Assembly: GCA_049975265.1 (NCBI GenBank)
Contig: JBNGDF010000021.1
Coordinates: 3,599-41,722 of the forward strand
Length of the DNA stretch: 38,124 bases
Origin: Fidelibacterota bacterium
Lineage (GTDB): Bacteria; Fidelibacterota; UBA2242
Direction of reading: 5' to 3'
Part shown: piece by piece, positions 36,433-38,124 of the stretch
How the letters are laid out: the number at the start of each line of letters is the position of its first letter
Numbering within the stretch: the first letter of the stretch is position 1
Translations under genes and position numbers: made by a program
The notes under the pieces: generated by a model
Told to the model about the DNA's origin: nothing
Seen by the model: only the letters and a program-made list of their open reading frames with translations
The model's database searches: none

Positions 36433-36504
36433 TATTATACATGATTAGTCGACAGCCGATTCAAGTTCAGCAATTTTGAAAGATAATGTGAGGAGAACCA
36501 TACC

Positions 36505-37353
36505 ATGAAGCCGGGGAAAATGATTCTTGTCGGGATGTTGCTTTCGCTCCTGATTGTCGGCGGATTCGCCCAATTTCACGATGTCACTGTGGAGATATCC
36601 GTCGATCGCATGCCGGAAAAGGAGCGCATGGACCTCAAAACCCTGGAGCAGATGCTGCCGGCTTATTTCGAAAATTACGAATGGTTCGACAATACCTACG
36701 GAATCGAAATCCCTGTTAAAATTAGCATGTTTCCCGAAGCCGTCAGTGCCAGTGGATTTGAGCGGGTTTTCACCAGCCAGTTTTTGATCTCCACTGCTTC
36801 GGGCGACCAGCGCTTTTTTGAGAAGAGCTTCAAATTTGTATACAATACCAATGACCCTTTAATGCATACCGATCTGGTCCGCCCACTGACCGGCACCCTG
36901 GATTTTTACGCCTATATGCTGATCGCCGGTGAAATGGATACCTACGAACCGCTGGGGGGCAACAATATTTACGACAAAGCCCGGGATGTCGCCACCCGGG
37001 GACAGATGTCGGACCGTGCCAGCGGCTGGAAGTCCCGCCTGCAGGAACTGGACGAGATTCAGCGCCTGCGCGACTACCGTCTCTTCAAATACCATTATTG
37101 GTTGGCGATTGATAATATCGATGCCGAAAAACCGAAAGAGGCGCGGGCTGCCATTGATAAAATGCTGGAACATCTGGAGCGCATGTTTCAGGTCAACGCC
37201 CGCGAACGCTATACTCATGTCTTTCTCGATGTACATGCCCGGGATATCGCCGAAATCATCCGCGATTTCGGGACACCAAAACAGCTCAGTAAGATCATCG
37301 CACTGGACCCGGACAACGAAGCAATTTACAAAGAGCTCGGCGTGCGGAAGTAA
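36505..37353 (+). CDS. DUF4835-family protein (T9SS-associated PorD-like)
   Basis: Signal peptide; FKFVY..LTGTLDFYAYMLIAGEMDTYEPLGG..Y..A, SGW and C-terminal LDP motifs of DUF4835. Confidence 0.72.
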   Translation: MKPGKMILVGMLLSLLIVGGFAQFHDVTVEISVDRMPEKERMDLKTLEQMLPAYFENYEWFDNTYGIEIPVKISMFPEAVSASGFERVFTSQFLISTASGDQRFFEKSFKFVYNTNDPLMHTDLVRPLTGTLDFYAYMLIAGEMDTYEPLGGNNIYDKARDVATRGQMSDRASGWKSRLQELDEIQRLRDYRLFKYHYWLAIDNIDAEKPKEARAAIDKMLEHLERMFQVNARERYTHVFLDVHARDIAEIIRDFGTPKQLSKIIALDPDNEAIYKELGVRK

Positions 37354-37392
37354 AACGTCGGACCTGCCAGAGGTTTTGTTCAAACCATCTGA

Positions 37393-37950
37393 TTAAAAAG
37401 TAAATCTATAGTAGATATCAACGGTATAGAAATTGTGTTTACCGAATTGAAAAGTACCGTCAATCCCGAAATCAAAAATTTTCGTCTGAAAAACGGTATA
37501 ATCAACGAGACAGTAGCCGGCAACGTTGATATCGAAGGCAAGCGCAATATTAGTGGTCATTTGATTGCTGATATCCCTGTACTCATGAATATACGTCTGT
37601 TGCACTAAAGATGAATTTATTCCTGCTCCGAAGGCAATTTTTCCCAAGGGTGGAAGTCTGTAACAGAGCCCCAATCCAAAATCATAATATGACTCCATAC
37701 TTTCCGATTCTGACCCTAATATATCAGTTATAAGGGTAGAAACCTGGATTCTTGGTACAAGGGCAATATTTTTGTTGAGATTTTGGCTGTACTCAATAGT
37801 TAATGCAGGTCCAATTTTATCGTTGCCATACTTCGCTCCGATCCCATTTTTCAAATACCTGTTATCGCTGTCCGAACCGTCGGCGCAAGTTGTTAGAATT
37901 CCCAATATTAGTGCTATTGAACTAATCCTGATCATTACGTATCCTTTCAT
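37393..37950 (-). CDS. Small outer-membrane beta-barrel hypothetical protein, AT-rich
   Basis: Signal peptide; amphipathic strands (YYDFGLGLCYRL, FDFGIDGTFQFG); terminal YYRFTF. Start is 37950 or 37935. Confidence 0.6.
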   Translation of the reverse strand: MKGYVMIRISSIALILGILTTCADGSDSDNRYLKNGIGAKYGNDKIGPALTIEYSQNLNKNIALVPRIQVSTLITDILGSESESMESYYDFGLGLCYRLPPLGKIAFGAGINSSLVQQTYIHEYRDISNQMTTNIALAFDINVAGYCLVDYTVFQTKIFDFGIDGTFQFGKHNFYTVDIYYRFTF

Positions 37951-38124
37951 TTTACCCATCCGCCCGGCTACATCAGCCGGATTGATTGATATCAATCCCG
38001 GAAAAACCCATAATCACCGATGAACCGAAGAGCTGAATATTTCTGTAGACAAGTATTATCCGGGGCAAGCGGTATATCTGTACGAATTCCTTCGCCTAAA
38101 CGAGAAATCCATTTCAAAGATCGT

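Noticed and set aside
1..38124. CRISPR array, tRNA/rRNA, IS/integrase or prophage
   Set aside because: No regularly spaced repeats, cloverleaf motifs, or transposase, integrase or phage genes were seen on reading.

Overview
Gene-dense chromosomal window from a Gram-negative bacterium. An FCB-superphylum lineage (e.g. Marinimicrobia/KSB1-like) is inferred from the PorD/DUF4835 gene, the HhH-beta-barrel gene, the E-C-A-B-D-I-K type V/A-ATPase and sigma70-like TTGACA promoters. In order: partial OM barrel, HhH-barrel, amidase, murI, folC, rho; a tightly coupled five-gene cluster (Zn-ribbon, nucleosidase-like, GT2, degenerate ParB-like, spore-photoproduct-lyase-like radical SAM); NUDIX hydrolase with a structured upstream region; long KamA-family aminomutase with glutamate-2,3-aminomutase-type residues; ppdK; GAF + Cys-motif protein; TonB-dependent receptor, YfiR and a HAMP/PAS sensor with no output domain; rluA; a TrpF-like/Smr fusion; two putative cell-wall lipoproteins (serine hydrolase, DdpX); the V/A-type ATPase operon with long charged tails on subunits A and B; a B12 radical SAM; an exported hypothetical protein; porD; and an AT-rich OM protein. 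No rRNA, tRNA, CRISPR array or intact mobile element was seen. The best candidates for novelty are the SPL-like/ParB-like/GT2/nucleosidase cluster, the TrpF-Smr fusion and the structured intergenic element at about 11.7-11.9 kb. All family assignments come from recognising motifs by eye; no searches were run.
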